Shown: piece by piece, positions 52,788 through 64,000 of the stretch | Layout of the letters: each line of letters opens with the position of its first letter | Numbering within the stretch: the first letter of the stretch is position 1 | NCBI RefSeq assembly: GCF_044704955.1 | Contig: NC_091999.1 | Span: forward strand, 65,100,001 to 65,164,000 | DNA: 64,000 nucleotides | Direction of reading: 5' to 3' | Origin: Pristiophorus japonicus | Taxonomy: Eukaryota | Notes under the pieces: model-generated | What the model was told of the DNA's origin: nothing | What the model saw: the letters and a program-made list of their open reading frames with translations, nothing else | The model's database searches: none | Translations under genes and position numbers: made by a program

Positions 52788-52922
52788 CCACTTTGCAGCA
52801 GGTTCATGGCGGTCATTTTGCAGCAGGTTCATGGCGGCCATTTTACAGCAGGTTCATGGTAGCCATTTTGCGACAGATTCATGTTGGCCATTTTGCAACT
52901 GATTCATTGTGGACATTTTGCT
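52788..52922. repeat. 25-bp minisatellite (~5.5 copies)
   Basis: Unit ccattttgcagcaggttcatggcgg. Confidence 0.88.
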
Positions 52923-53179
52923 GAATCCCAGCTGAGCACTTTTGCTCGCAGTCAGTCTCACCATCTTGAGTAAATTGCCTATGTAGCATGCCAAGTGAAA
53001 CCGCCAGATTCAATACAAAGGCCGGTCGAATCTGAAATGCAATTTGGAGGAGGCAACACGTAGTTTCGAGGAACCTTTATTCAATATTTGAAAACAATAA
53101 AGCCATATTTTTGTGAAAGTAATTAGGAGATCAGGCGCATGCTGAATTAAGAGGTGGTGTGTGATTAACACAGTACAGG

Positions 53180-53480
53180 GACAAAAACAATAACTTCCAT
53201 TATATAAAGCATTTAATGTAATGAATTGTCCCAAGAAGATTCACAGGTGTGAATATCAGACACAATTTTACATCGAGGCTTATGAGGAGATATTGGCAGA
53301 GATGACCAAATAGTCAAAGAGGGAGGTTTTAGGAAGTGCTTAAATTAGGAGGGGCGGAGAGGTTTAGTGAGGGAATTCCAGAGCATCGGGTGTAGGCAGC
53401 TGATGGTATGGCCACCAATTGTACAGTCATTAAAATAGGAGATGCTCAAGAGGCCAGAATTAGAGCAGTGTAGAGAGCTT
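53180..53480 (-). mobile_element. L2-type LINE 3' fragment
   Basis: atataaagcattt...gtcaaagagggaggttttagg...gggaattccagagc, similar to 58520-58640. Confidence 0.55.
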
Positions 53481-53519
53481 GAACGCTTGTCTGGACAGCT
53501 GTTTTAGAGTCCAACTCCA

Positions 53520-54275
53520 CACTGGGGGAGGCAGTAAAGCATCTTGTTGATGGTACACACTGCAGCCACGGAGCACCGGTGGTGGACGGCGTGGTTGTTG
53601 AGGCGTTGAATGGAGTGCCAATAAAGTGGGCTGCGTCGTCCTGGTTGGTGTCAAGCTTCTTGAGTGTTCTTGGAGCTGCACTGATCCAGGCAAGTGTAGA
53701 GTATTCCATCACACCCCTGACTTCTGCCTTGTCGATGGTGGAAAGGCACTGGGAATCACGAGGCAAGACACTCGCCGCAGAATACCCAGAATACATACTC
53801 TTGTAGCCACAGCATTTATGTGGCTGGGTCAGTTAAGTTTATCGTCAATGGTGACATCCAGAATGTTGATGGTGGGGGATTCAGCGATGGTAATATCGTT
53901 GAATGTCAAAGGGTGGTTGTCAGCCTCTCGATTGTTGGAGAGGGACATTGCCTGGCACTTGTGTGGCGCGAATGTTGCTTGGCACTTATCAGCTCAAGCC
54001 TGAATGTTGTCCAGGTCTTACTGCATGCGGGCATGGAATGCTTCATTATCTGAGGAGTTGCAAATGGAACTGAACACTGTGCAAACATCAGCGAACCACA
54101 CCACTTCTGACCTTATGATGGAATGAAGTTCATTCATGAAGCAGCTAAAGATGGTTGGGCCGAGGATGTTCAAGGGCTGTAATGATTGACCTTCAATAAC
54201 GAAAACCAACTTTCTTTATGTTAGTTATGACACCCTCCACTGGAGAGTTTTTGTCCTGGTTCCCATTGGCTTCAA
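53520..54275 (-). mobile_element. Non-LTR retrotransposon RT C-terminal fragment of a second CR1-group family (related relic at ~12700-13200)
   Basis: LGPTIFSCFMNEL...FADVCTVF (RT) and KAEVRGVMEYSTLAWISAA...KLDTNQ. Confidence 0.75.
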
Positions 54276-54396
54276 TTTCAATATTTACTGAATAATGTTC
54301 AGTTTATATTGATAAGACTTTTACTTATGTATTAATATTTTACAGTGTTTGACATCCAGCTATTATAAACACAATCTCACACAGAGTGGTACTTAC

Positions 54397-54483
54397 CACA
54401 ATTCCTGTATTTTTCAGTACGATTTCCTCAGAGCGTCAGACTGCAGTCTCAGTCCTGTATCGCACAGATTATTGTCACTCAGT
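54397..54483 (-). pseudogene. LRR exon of the NLR pseudogene
   Basis: tgtttag|A CTG AGT GAC AAT AAT CTG ... TTG TG|gtaagt, 87 nt = LSDNNLCDTGLRLQSDALRKSY*KIQEL, an RI-like LRR with an in-frame stop. Confidence 0.85.
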
Positions 54484-55789
54484 CTAAACACAAATAGATC
54501 GAGTCTGAGAAACAAACTGAAGCAAACCCAAATCTGATATAATTCTCTCTCTCTCTCGGATATTGCAAAAAGTATTGAAAGATGTTTCGGTCACTGACAA
54601 TGATTCTCACTCTGGCCAACTCCCTATACATTCAAGGCATGTCAGGAAATGCATTAATTAAATAAAGACCTTTCTGTGTGAAGGCTTCAAATGTCCCTCA
54701 GTCCGGTCTCATTCCCTGATGATCAGAAATACCCTCCTGGAGCTCAGTGATCGGCCCCATCATGTTTGGGGAAGCTTGTCTCATTTCTGCTGCTTCTTCA
54801 ATCTTTATTTTAAGGGAATGGGCGATTTTGCCTGAATGAAACGATAAAGCGCTGATTCTCTGTAGTTGAAATTCTGTGCATTATCTGAATCTGTGTAAAA
54901 TCTCGGGGTGAGTTATATTGTGAAACGGAGCTCACTGCTGCTGTAAAATCCATTCCGACAGGATTGTATGTAACAACGAGGTTTCATCCAGTCCCGTTAA
55001 CACTTTTATATGTTCCTGCGCTCCTAGTTGATAGGGGAGGGGGGCCTCTCACTTTATTCCCCATTAAAATGGCTCTACATTTAGTTCAAGTGGAACTGGC
55101 CCGAGAGTTTGGCGGAAATATTCGGAAGTTCCCTCCCCAAGCGGGGCCTCACACACAGGGGGTAGATTATGGGAAATACCTGGTCAAGCAGGATTCCGAA
55201 CGAGAGCCCTCAATCCAAGGTCTCCTGACTCAGAGGTGCGAGTGCTGTGAGCTGGGCGAATAGAGGGTGGTTGCATTGGAGAGCATGAAGGCCTATTCAT
55301 TAATGGGTTACGGTAACGTTCTGCCACCCTCCGGAGAGAGATCAGCTTGCCCACTGGCGGTTCACTGCCCAAAAGCTGGGCTTTGCCCTTTGTTACTGAA
55401 TATTTGTTGTTTCTGCTTGCCTCTCCTTCGCAGGTCGACAGACCAGTGCCTGTCGTTTGCACCGACACCTCGGGAACAGGGAGGGATGCTACGACACATG
55501 AACGCCTGCAGTTAGTGTAAGCCTACGGGCCAGGAGCCTCCTCAATGGACGCCTCTTAGGCAGTGCGAAAAACAGCAATAAAGCTGATTTATTGCAATTA
55601 AATTATCAGGCGCTTTCAGTGACCTATATTTACTGATCCAGTAAAGAATGTGAAATCCCTCCTTGTGCACAAGGATCCTTTAAATTCCTCAGGCCTCATG
55701 GAATTACTAACCGATCATCTAATAATTTTTTTACTTGTGTTGAATCTGCTGCTCTCTGTTTTAACTGAACTGTTTGTTTCCCTTCAGTA

Positions 55790-56190
55790 AAAAGAAAGAA
55801 AGGAACATTGCTTTTATATAGCTCATTTCATGACCACCGGACGTCTCAAAGCGTTTACAGTCAATGAAGTTTACAGTCACTTTTGGAGTGTAGTCACTGT
55901 TGTAATGTATGAAACGCGGCAGCCAACTTGCGCAGAGCAAGCTCCCATAAACTCCCACTAACAACAATGTAATAATGTCCTGATAATCTGTTTTTGTCAT
56001 GTTGATTGATATATTGCAAGGGCACCGGGGATAACTCCCCTGATCTTCTTCAAAATAGTGCCATGGGATCTTTTACGTCCATCTGAGAGGGCAGACTTCA
56101 GTTTAACGTTTTATCTGAAAGACAGCACCTCTGACAATGAAGCACTCCCTGAGACCTCCGCACTGTACTGTTTGTCAGCTAGATTTTTAC
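55790..56190 (-). mobile_element. Deu-domain SINE (SacSINE1-like), 5'-truncated, in NLR intron
   Basis: Reverse complement homologous to 21058-21535; (ctttt)-type tail. Confidence 0.8.
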
Positions 56191-56249
56191 ACAGCAACAA
56201 CACAATCCTTGAGTGTTCAATCAACTGTTAGAGAAAAATAAAAAGTTTT

Positions 56250-57948
56250 GTCGACACCCGGCATTTGTACAGTTCAGGTCCCAGCCGCTTGAGTCCTTCA
56301 TACTGAAGTGTACCCGATCTAGGTGATTTATTGCATCGAAGAATCTAATGATATGAGACACCACCACACAGTAAATTGGGCTCAATAGAAATCCATTAAA
56401 TGTAAGTGCGTCCACATATACGACCGTGCCCAGAGAGAATGCCACATTCTGAGATTCAAACAGGTAGTGCAATGTGTTCAGGATATCACTTTAACGAGTT
56501 TTAATCGATGCGTTTTTAACCTTTCCTTCAAACTTCTCCATTACCCAATCATTTGGCCGATTCTTTGATAAAGAAATGGACCCAGAAACTCCTCCAGCGG
56601 TCGAGTTGCTCTTGGGGAGGAGATGCCAGCAGCAAAACGGAAAGATATCTTAAATCGCCAATCATTCTTGCTGTGGGCTTCACTGGGGAGTTTCCAGATG
56701 TCCCCGGGAAATTGAGTCAGGAATAATGCGAGCGCAGCTACAAACTCTTGGATGGTGAGGTGCGGGAATGTGTGCACCAAGCTCTGCACTGAATCATGTT
56801 TCTCCAAATGTTCCATCATGAATCCAGAAAGGAACTGGGAAGGTTGCAGATTGTACTTGATCAAAATTCCATCTCTGAACAATCTTCTTCTCGGAGTCTC
56901 CTGTGAAGGCCATCTCACCGATCTTCAGTAACACATCACGGGGGCTTTCAATCTCTCGGCCATGGTTTCTCAGAATGTTGTAAATATAGTAGGAATATAG
57001 TTGGATGGCTGTATTGGTAATTTGCTGCTGTTTCCTGTCTCTTTGTGTAAAGAAGGGTCCCAGTGACAGCCCGAGAATCCAGCAGATTTAAGGGTCGTAC
57101 AGGATGTTGTTCCCCTCCACGTCTCTGAATATAGCTGCTGCCACCAACTGATCTACAAAATGCCTGTTGAAATAATCCTTCTGTTTTTACCAACAAATCG
57201 CAGGATTTCGGCCCAGACACTGATCTCAGCCTTTTCAAATAAATCTAAAGGTTGTTCACGAGCACCGAAAATCCTGGGAGCAGCTTGTGCTGTATTAAAC
57301 TGTACACAATGTCAGACACTTCACACCAATGTTCAGCATCTGTGCACATGTGCTGAGGTTCCGTATTTCTCCGACTATCAGCAAAATCAATTTTCTCCTT
57401 GAATTCATCCAAACCGTCGAATATGAACAGCAATCTCTCTGGGTTCTTCCAGTGCTCTCCTAGAATATTCCCAAAGTAAGGATATAGATCTAGTATCAGA
57501 TTCCTCAAATATATTCTACAGAAAATAGAATTAAAATCCCGGAATTTAATACTGAAAACAAATTGAGTGTGTTAGTATATTTTCCCAGAGACCCAGCCAT
57601 TGACAATTTTTGTTCCCCTACCAATGTTGTCTTTCCAATTCCTGCGACTCTGCTCACTGGTTATGAACTTCCGGAATTTGAGTTTCTCTGGGATGTCCTG
57701 CTCTGGAACAATTGATCAGTTCGGATTTTTTTCAAGGCGATGTGTCTTTCTCCACTCTTCATGGACTTGGCTTCTAGCCAGCAGTTCATGTTCTACAATT
57801 ATCCGACCTCGAAAAGTAGGAATGACCGTTAGCTTAGCGTATCGATCTACCATCTGGAAAACATCAAACTTCTCCTTTATTTGGATCGTGTTCTCTCTCA
57901 GTGTTTCAGTTTGTACCCGGAATGTTTCCTTGTGTTGCTGTTGAAATA
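56250..57948 (-). pseudogene. NLR (NACHT-LRR, NLRP3/NLRC3-like shark type) pseudogene, NACHT exon
   Basis: Fragments QQQHKETFRVQTETLR...LVEHELLAR-like, Walker A region RVAGIGKTTLV (~57625-57655), Walker B LLFIFDGLDEF and winged-helix motif FPHLTIQEFVAAL are spread over several frames with stops. Confidence 0.9.
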
Positions 57949-58149
57949 CCATCAATTGGAGTAGACAGAAAGTGCTTCTCAATATTAGCTGCATTGTCAT
58001 AAAACAAATCGACAGTACTATATTACTAACATTTTGCACGATTAAGTCACAGCTTCAATAGAGGTGCGTGTAGAAATTAAAACTCAGTTAATGAAGGTGA
58101 ACAATGGCCAAGAAAAGTTTCAAGTCCTCATTTGCTTCTAAGATTTAGG

Positions 58150-58640
58150 CCACAAACTCTATTCCCTTTCCAGTAAATCGGTCTCTCTCCCCGGCAATTG
58201 TCAAAGGCTCACCAAGTCTGATCGTAACCTTGGTGTCATATTTCATCACGAATTGAACTTCAAATCCATATCCTCTACATACCAAAGCCTGCCTCCTTCA
58301 ATCTCCGTAATATCGACCGTCTCCGCTCCTGCCTCAGCTCATTTGCTGCTGAAATCATCCATGTCTTTTGTTACCTCAAGACTCGACTGTTCCAACGATG
58401 TCCTGGCTGGCCTCCCACCTTGACCCTCTGTAAACTTGAGCTTGTCCAAAACTCTGCTGCTCGGAGCCTAACTCGCAGCAAGTCCCGTCCACCCATCACC
58501 CCTGTGCTCTCTAACAAACGAGCGCTTGACAGGAGTGTTATGAAACAAAAATACGTAAATTTGACACCGAGCTACATAAGAAAAAATTACGGCAGATGGC
58601 CAATAGCTTGGTCAAAGAGATAGGTTTTAAGGAGGTTTTA
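58150..58640. mobile_element. L2 LINE fragments
   Basis: KLELVQNSAARSLTRSKSRPPITPVL is a typical L2 RT C-terminal motif. Confidence 0.75.
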
Positions 58641-59239
58641 AGACAGGAGTTAAATTGCTGTTGTTTCAGGAATTGTACAGTTTGTCTGGGATATTACCTG
58701 CACATCTATAGTCAACACATCACGGCTAATATTACTGTCATTCTAAAGGTACAGATGGAAATTAGAAAGAAGATTTCAACTATTAGGGGCTGGATGTTCG
58801 GCATGTTGCCGTTTCTGTTTTGACCCCGGAGTGGCAGTCATGGCAGAGGGAAGAATTGCCGGGCAGCTGGCGAGCTTCCACTGCTCAGCCGGAATATTCG
58901 GTGCAGGGTTTGCGGGGGCACGGAGCAGTTCCGCCCAGCAGAGGTTAGCCGGTGTGCAATGCCCCCGGTTACGACACCCGCTCTAAATTTGGTTCGCGCC
59001 CGAGGGCAGCGCCCCCTAGTGCGAAGAAAGCTGCTTACAGAGGTCTCACGAACGAGTGATCTCTGTGGCGAGATGTTTGCCTTATTCGACGTTAAATTAA
59101 TTTCAGCGCTCTGCAGTGGGAATGACATTGTGCGCATCCATTGTGACGTCAGCAGAATATTCATCGCCAGGAAACCAAGAAATGAGAAGCCGCTTTCTTC
59201 CTGATTTATGTAAAATGTTACACTTCGGCATAGTGTCAG

Positions 59240-59690
59240 CAGCAGTTCAGTGGGTAGAAGTCTCGCTTCTGAATCAGAAGGTTCAAGTCACACGGGGACT
59301 TAAGCACATCATTCTAGCTTCACACTCCAATGCAGTGCTGAGGGAATGCTGCACTGTCAAAGGTGCCGACGTTCAGTTTAGACGTTCAACAGTGGCTCTG
59401 TATGCTCTCTAAGGTTGATGTAAAATATCCCATGGCAATATATCGAAGAAGAGCAGGTGAGTTATCCCCGGTGTCCTGGCCAATATTTATCCCTCTATCA
59501 ACATAACAAAAACAGATTATCTGGTCATTATCACATTGCTGTTTGTAGGAACTTGCTGTTCACAAATTGTCTGGCGCGTTTCCTACATTACATCAGTGAA
59601 TACATTTCAAATAACATTCCTTCACTGTAACATGCTTTGAGACGATCGTGGTCGTGATCGGGGCAATATAAATGCAAATCTTTCCTTATT
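59240..59690 (+). mobile_element. Deu-domain SINE (SacSINE1-like)
   Basis: Decayed A/B boxes; core gtcctggccaatatttatccctc...aacagattatctggtcattatcacattgctgtttg shared with the 21058 copy. Confidence 0.8.
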
Positions 59691-60517
59691 TCTTAAAAAA
59701 AATACTGAAATATCATAAACGAACTTATTAAAGCAATGAGGGTAAAGTCCCAGCCTTGCCGGGTCCATAGAGAATATACACGGACCCGATTAGACCTCGT
59801 AAAATCTGCTTTTCCGTTCTGACAAGATTTTGCTTGACGGATCCTCCGCAAGCCACAGGAAGGACATTCGTATGCGTGAGATTGGACTATTGACCAACCC
59901 AGCGAATGTCCTTAAAACTTTTACCCCTGGTGAAAGCAGGTGCATAGCCTACTTTACGACCTTAAGAGTTTTAAAACATATCAAAATTAAGTTTAAGTAC
60001 ACATTGATAACGAAAAATCCTTGTCTATTAAGGTAAGTTTATTTCAAACCATATTACAATAAAAAATTACTTTAAAAAAATTCACAAAGTATATATATAT
60101 ATATTTTTAAATATTTAATTAACTTTAATTTCAATTAATTTTAAATATATGAGGTGTTTTTTATTTTTAATGTGTTTATGTATTTTAGGTTTAATGCTCA
60201 TTTATAGTAATGGTAACTCGGAGAAACGGACTTCCCAGCACTATCATTGAGCATACAGAATACAGGCCCATGTGACTCCACCTTTTTTGTGCGCGTGAGG
60301 AAATGCCATTCCCGTAGGAGAATTAAATCTATGCCTCAGACCGGAATCGAAGATGCCTCTGTGATCACTAGGTACATTGGCAGAAAAATTTCGTGTCTGA
60401 GGCATTCATCTGAAGGAAGCCTCCGACCGGGCTTTAGGCCCATAAAGATATTAAAATGTAAAACTTTTGTTATAGCGTCGAAACTTAACACGGTGAAATA
60501 TAAAAATGAGTTGTTCA

Positions 60518-60845
60518 GGGCCAGAACCGTTGTTTAACAGTCGACACGATATTAATACACCAGATACACATATTCCGACAAGTCTTCATATTTAACGGGG
60601 TGTTTAACAGTGACATTACCGTGGAAAGCTGTAGTTTACATCCATTTCACTGATTTCACTGATTTCCGGCTATGACGATTTCCACAGCGCAGCCAATGTC
60701 GAAGCAGTGAATGACTGTCCAACATTTCATCGATTCTGTATTTAGATGCACATGCGCTGCATCCTGTGGTTGCTGTAGTTTCAAAGGTGCAATAACGGCA
60801 AATGTTGTTAGTTCGCCAATGCTTACTCACCACAAATTCTGGCCC
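60518..60845. mobile_element. Putative MITE / non-autonomous DNA element
   Basis: Terminal inverted repeat GGGCCAGAA (60518-60526) / TTCTGGCCC (60837-60845); similar GGGC-type ends bracket ~58784-60442. Confidence 0.45.
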
Positions 60846-60864
60846 ATAAGAATTAAATGGCTAT

Positions 60865-62680
60865 TAAACATAGAAACATAGAGAAGATGCCATTCGGCCC
60901 TACGAGCCTGCACTACCATTCAATATGACCATGGTTGATCATGCAACTTCAGTAACCCATTCCTGCATTCTCTCTATATCCATTGATCCCTTTAGCCATA
61001 AGGGCCACATCCCACTCCCTTTTGAATATATGGAACGAACTGTCCTCAACAACTTTCTGTCGTAGAGAATTACACAGCTTCACAATTCTCTGAGTGAAGA
61101 AGTTTCTCCTCATCTCGGTCCTAAATGGCTTACCCCTTATCCTTAGACTGTGAGCCCTGGCTCTGGACTTCCCCAACATCGAGAACATTCTTCCTGCATC
61201 TAACCTGTCCAATTCCGTCAGAATTTTAAAAGTTTCTAAGAGATCCCCTTTCATTCTTCCTATTCCAGTGAATATAAGCCTAGTCGATCCAGTTTTTCTT
61301 CATATGTCAGTCCTGTCGTCCCGGAAATAAGTCTGGTGAACCTTCGCTGCACTGCCTCAATAGCAAGAATGTCCTTCCTCAGATTTGGATACTAAACTGC
61401 ACACAATACACAATACCTGTACAAGTGCAGTAAGACCTCCCTGCTCCTATAATCAAAGTCCCTCGCTATGAAGGCCAGCATGCCATTTGCTTTCTTTACT
61501 GCCTGCTGTACCTGCATCCCTACCTTCAATGGCTGATGTACCATGACACCCAGGGCTCGCTGCACCTCCCCTATTTACTAATCTGTCACAATTCAGATAA
61601 TAAGCTGCCTTCTTGTTTTTGCCACCAAAGTGAATTACATCACACTTCTCCACATTATACTGCATGTGCCATGCATTTGCCGATTCACCTAACCTGTCCA
61701 AGTCCCCCTGCAGCCTCCTAGCATCCTCCTCATACCTCGCACTGCCACCCAGCATAGTGTTATCTGCAAACTTGGAGATGTTTCATTCAATTGCTTCGCC
61801 TAAATCATTAACGTATATTGTAAATAGCTGGGGTCCGAGTAATGAACGCAACGACATCCGACTAGCCACTGCCTGCCATTCTGAAAAGGACCTGTTTATT
61901 CCCACTCTTTGCTTTATGTCTGCGAATCTGTTCTCTATCCATGTCAATACATTACCCCCAATATCATATGCCTTAATTTTGCACGTTAATCTCTTTTGTG
62001 GGACCTTGTCAAAAGCCTGTTGAAAGTCCAAATACATCACATCCACTGGCTCTCCCTTATCCACTCTACTAGCTACATCCTCAAAAAACTCTGGTATATC
62101 TGTCAAGCATGATTTCCCTTTCTTAAAGCCATGCTGACCTGGAATGCTCCTGTCACTGCTTTCCAAATGCCCTGCTATTATATCTTTAATAATTGATTCC
62201 AGCATTTTCCCGATCCCCGTTGTCAGGATAACCGGTCTATAATTATATGTTTTCTCTCTCCCTCCTTTTTTTAAAAAGTGGTCTTACATTGACTACTCTC
62301 CAATCCATAGGAACTGAACCAATGTCCATGGAATGTTGGAAAATGACCACCAATGCATCTACTATTTCTATGGCCACCTCCGTAAATACTCTGGAATGCA
62401 GACAATCAGGCCCTGGGGATTTATCGGGCTTCTGTCCCTTTAATTTCCCTTACGCCATTTCTTAACTAATAAGGATTTCCCTCAGTTCACCTTTCTCGCT
62501 AGACCCTTGGTCTCCTAGTATTTGCGGGAGGTTATTCGTGTCTTCCTCAGTGAAGACAGAGCCAAAGTATTTGTTCAAATGATCTGCCATTTCCTTGTTC
62601 CCCGTTATGCATTCACCAGATTCTGACTGCAAGGGATCTATATTAGTCTTCACTAATCTTTTTCTCTTCACATATATAGC
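60865..62680 (-). mobile_element. 5'-truncated CR1 LINE
   Basis: aaacatagaaacatag tail; QHGFKKGKSCLT and YLDFQQAFDKV motifs. Confidence 0.92.
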
Positions 62681-62829
62681 AATATAATGTCGACATTTTG
62701 AAAGCATGTTTATGATATTTTACCATTTATCTTAATGCTGAGTGCATGTGTCAATCTTTATATAATTCTCTGTAGAAGTTATAAAAAGGTCAATTATAAT
62801 CCATGAAGTTTACTTCTTGGTATGTTGTT

Positions 62830-63560
62830 TGTGAGAATAAAATTCGAAATGGGGCAGAGGAGCAAAAAATCCGGGGTACAGATACACAGATCGTTAAAAG
62901 TAGATGCACTGGTTAATAATTGCAAGAAAATGCATTGGGGTTCATTTTTGGAGAGATATATTGAAAAGCAGGTAGGTTATTTTAAACCTGTATCAAACCT
63001 TTTTTAGACCACACTTGCAGCACTGTGCACAGTTCTGATCGACATATTATAAACGGTTATTTAGGAACAGACGGAACTGCAAATAAGATTCATCAGATGG
63101 TATGGATGATACCAGAACTGGGAGCATCAATTCATAAGGAAAGTCTGAATAGGCTCTCGCTTATTTCTCCATTAAATAGAGGTCTGAGAGGTGACCTGGC
63201 AGAGGTCTTTACGATTATGATAGCTTTCATAAGATAGATATAGGGAGGTTGTTTCCACTTGGGGGAAAGTCCAAAACTAGGGGCCATAACTATAATATAT
63301 TCACTTATGAATCCAATAGGGAATTCAGGAAAAAATTATTTGCACAGAGACTGGCGTGTCTGTGGATCTCGCTACACAAGGAGTGGTTGAGATGAAATGC
63401 ATAGATGAATTTAAGGCGAATCCAAATGAGAACCTAGAAAGGAATAGAAGTGTATGCCAATAGGGTTAGATGAGGAGGGGTAGGAGGAGGCTCGTTTGGA
63501 GCAGGACTCCCGCATGGACAAGCTGGGCCGAACTTCACAGAAGACACGTTTCATTCTGTG
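62830..63560 (+). mobile_element. Old CR1 3' fragment
   Basis: RGLRGDLAEVFTIM and actagggggccataa motifs. Confidence 0.65.
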
Positions 63561-63855
63561 CAGTGGACTCTGCTGAACTCTATGTGTTAATGTATGCACA
63601 GTGTTCACGGCTCCGTTCCACCATGGGAACTGCATGACATTTTCCTATACATGTCTGCATTATACTTTAAAACAAGTCCTATTTTAGGAAACATCAACGG
63701 GAAAGTGAATTGTTTGTTCAGATGACTGTAACTAATATGCAAGGTGAAACAATCTAATTGTATCCCTGGGGTTTAACACTGATTATAAATAAGGGTCCAT
63801 TATTTTCACCAAGCACACGTTGGAGAATTCTCGAGCAGATCGGCTCTTACAGAAA

Positions 63856-63925
63856 ATGCATTCACCAGCAAATGGTCAGTTATGTGCCATTTACTATCCT
63901 GTCCTTGCAGCTATCGGGGTTCCAG
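63856..63925 (+). CDS. First coding exon of a second GPR139-like GPCR (remainder beyond the window)
   Basis: ATG CAT TCA ... GTT CCA G|gtgaga = MHSPANGQLCAIYYPVLAAIGVP. The YYPxLAAxGVP TM1 start and phase-1 donor match the phase-1 acceptor (xNL...) of the 16516-type exon. Confidence 0.82.
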
Positions 63926-64000
63926 GTGAGATATGAAGGTACTTCTACAGCGCGTCATTTAACTGTCTGGACTGGGGGTTTCTGACTGTGTTCGCACTGT

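Overview
Eukaryotic, repeat-dominated vertebrate DNA, most likely from a shark or ray. That assignment is inferred from the (AGAAACAT)n-tailed CR1 LINEs, Deu-domain SINEs and shark-type NLR and GPR139-like families. About half or more of the window is CR1/L2/RTE LINE and SINE debris, including a 4-element nested CR1 stack at 1.8-10.8 kb. Gene-like content: (i) three T-cell-receptor alpha/delta-type V segments on the minus strand (33.3, 39.3 and 46.5 kb), each followed by a 23-spacer RSS; two have an open V exon and one is a pseudogene; (ii) a NACHT-LRR (NLR) pseudogene on the minus strand; (iii) a GPR139-like GPCR pseudogene exon at 16.5 kb and the first coding exon of another GPR139-like gene at the window end; (iv) several minisatellites and a 2.9-kb 27-bp satellite. 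The most unusual structure is a pair of ~390-bp inverted repeats (45681-46074 / 46987-47376) enclosing the third V segment with its RSS, like a long-TIR (Pack-type/foldback) or invertible V cassette. No C-region exon and no convincing intact D or J segment was seen. Repeat boundaries were read by eye and are approximate.
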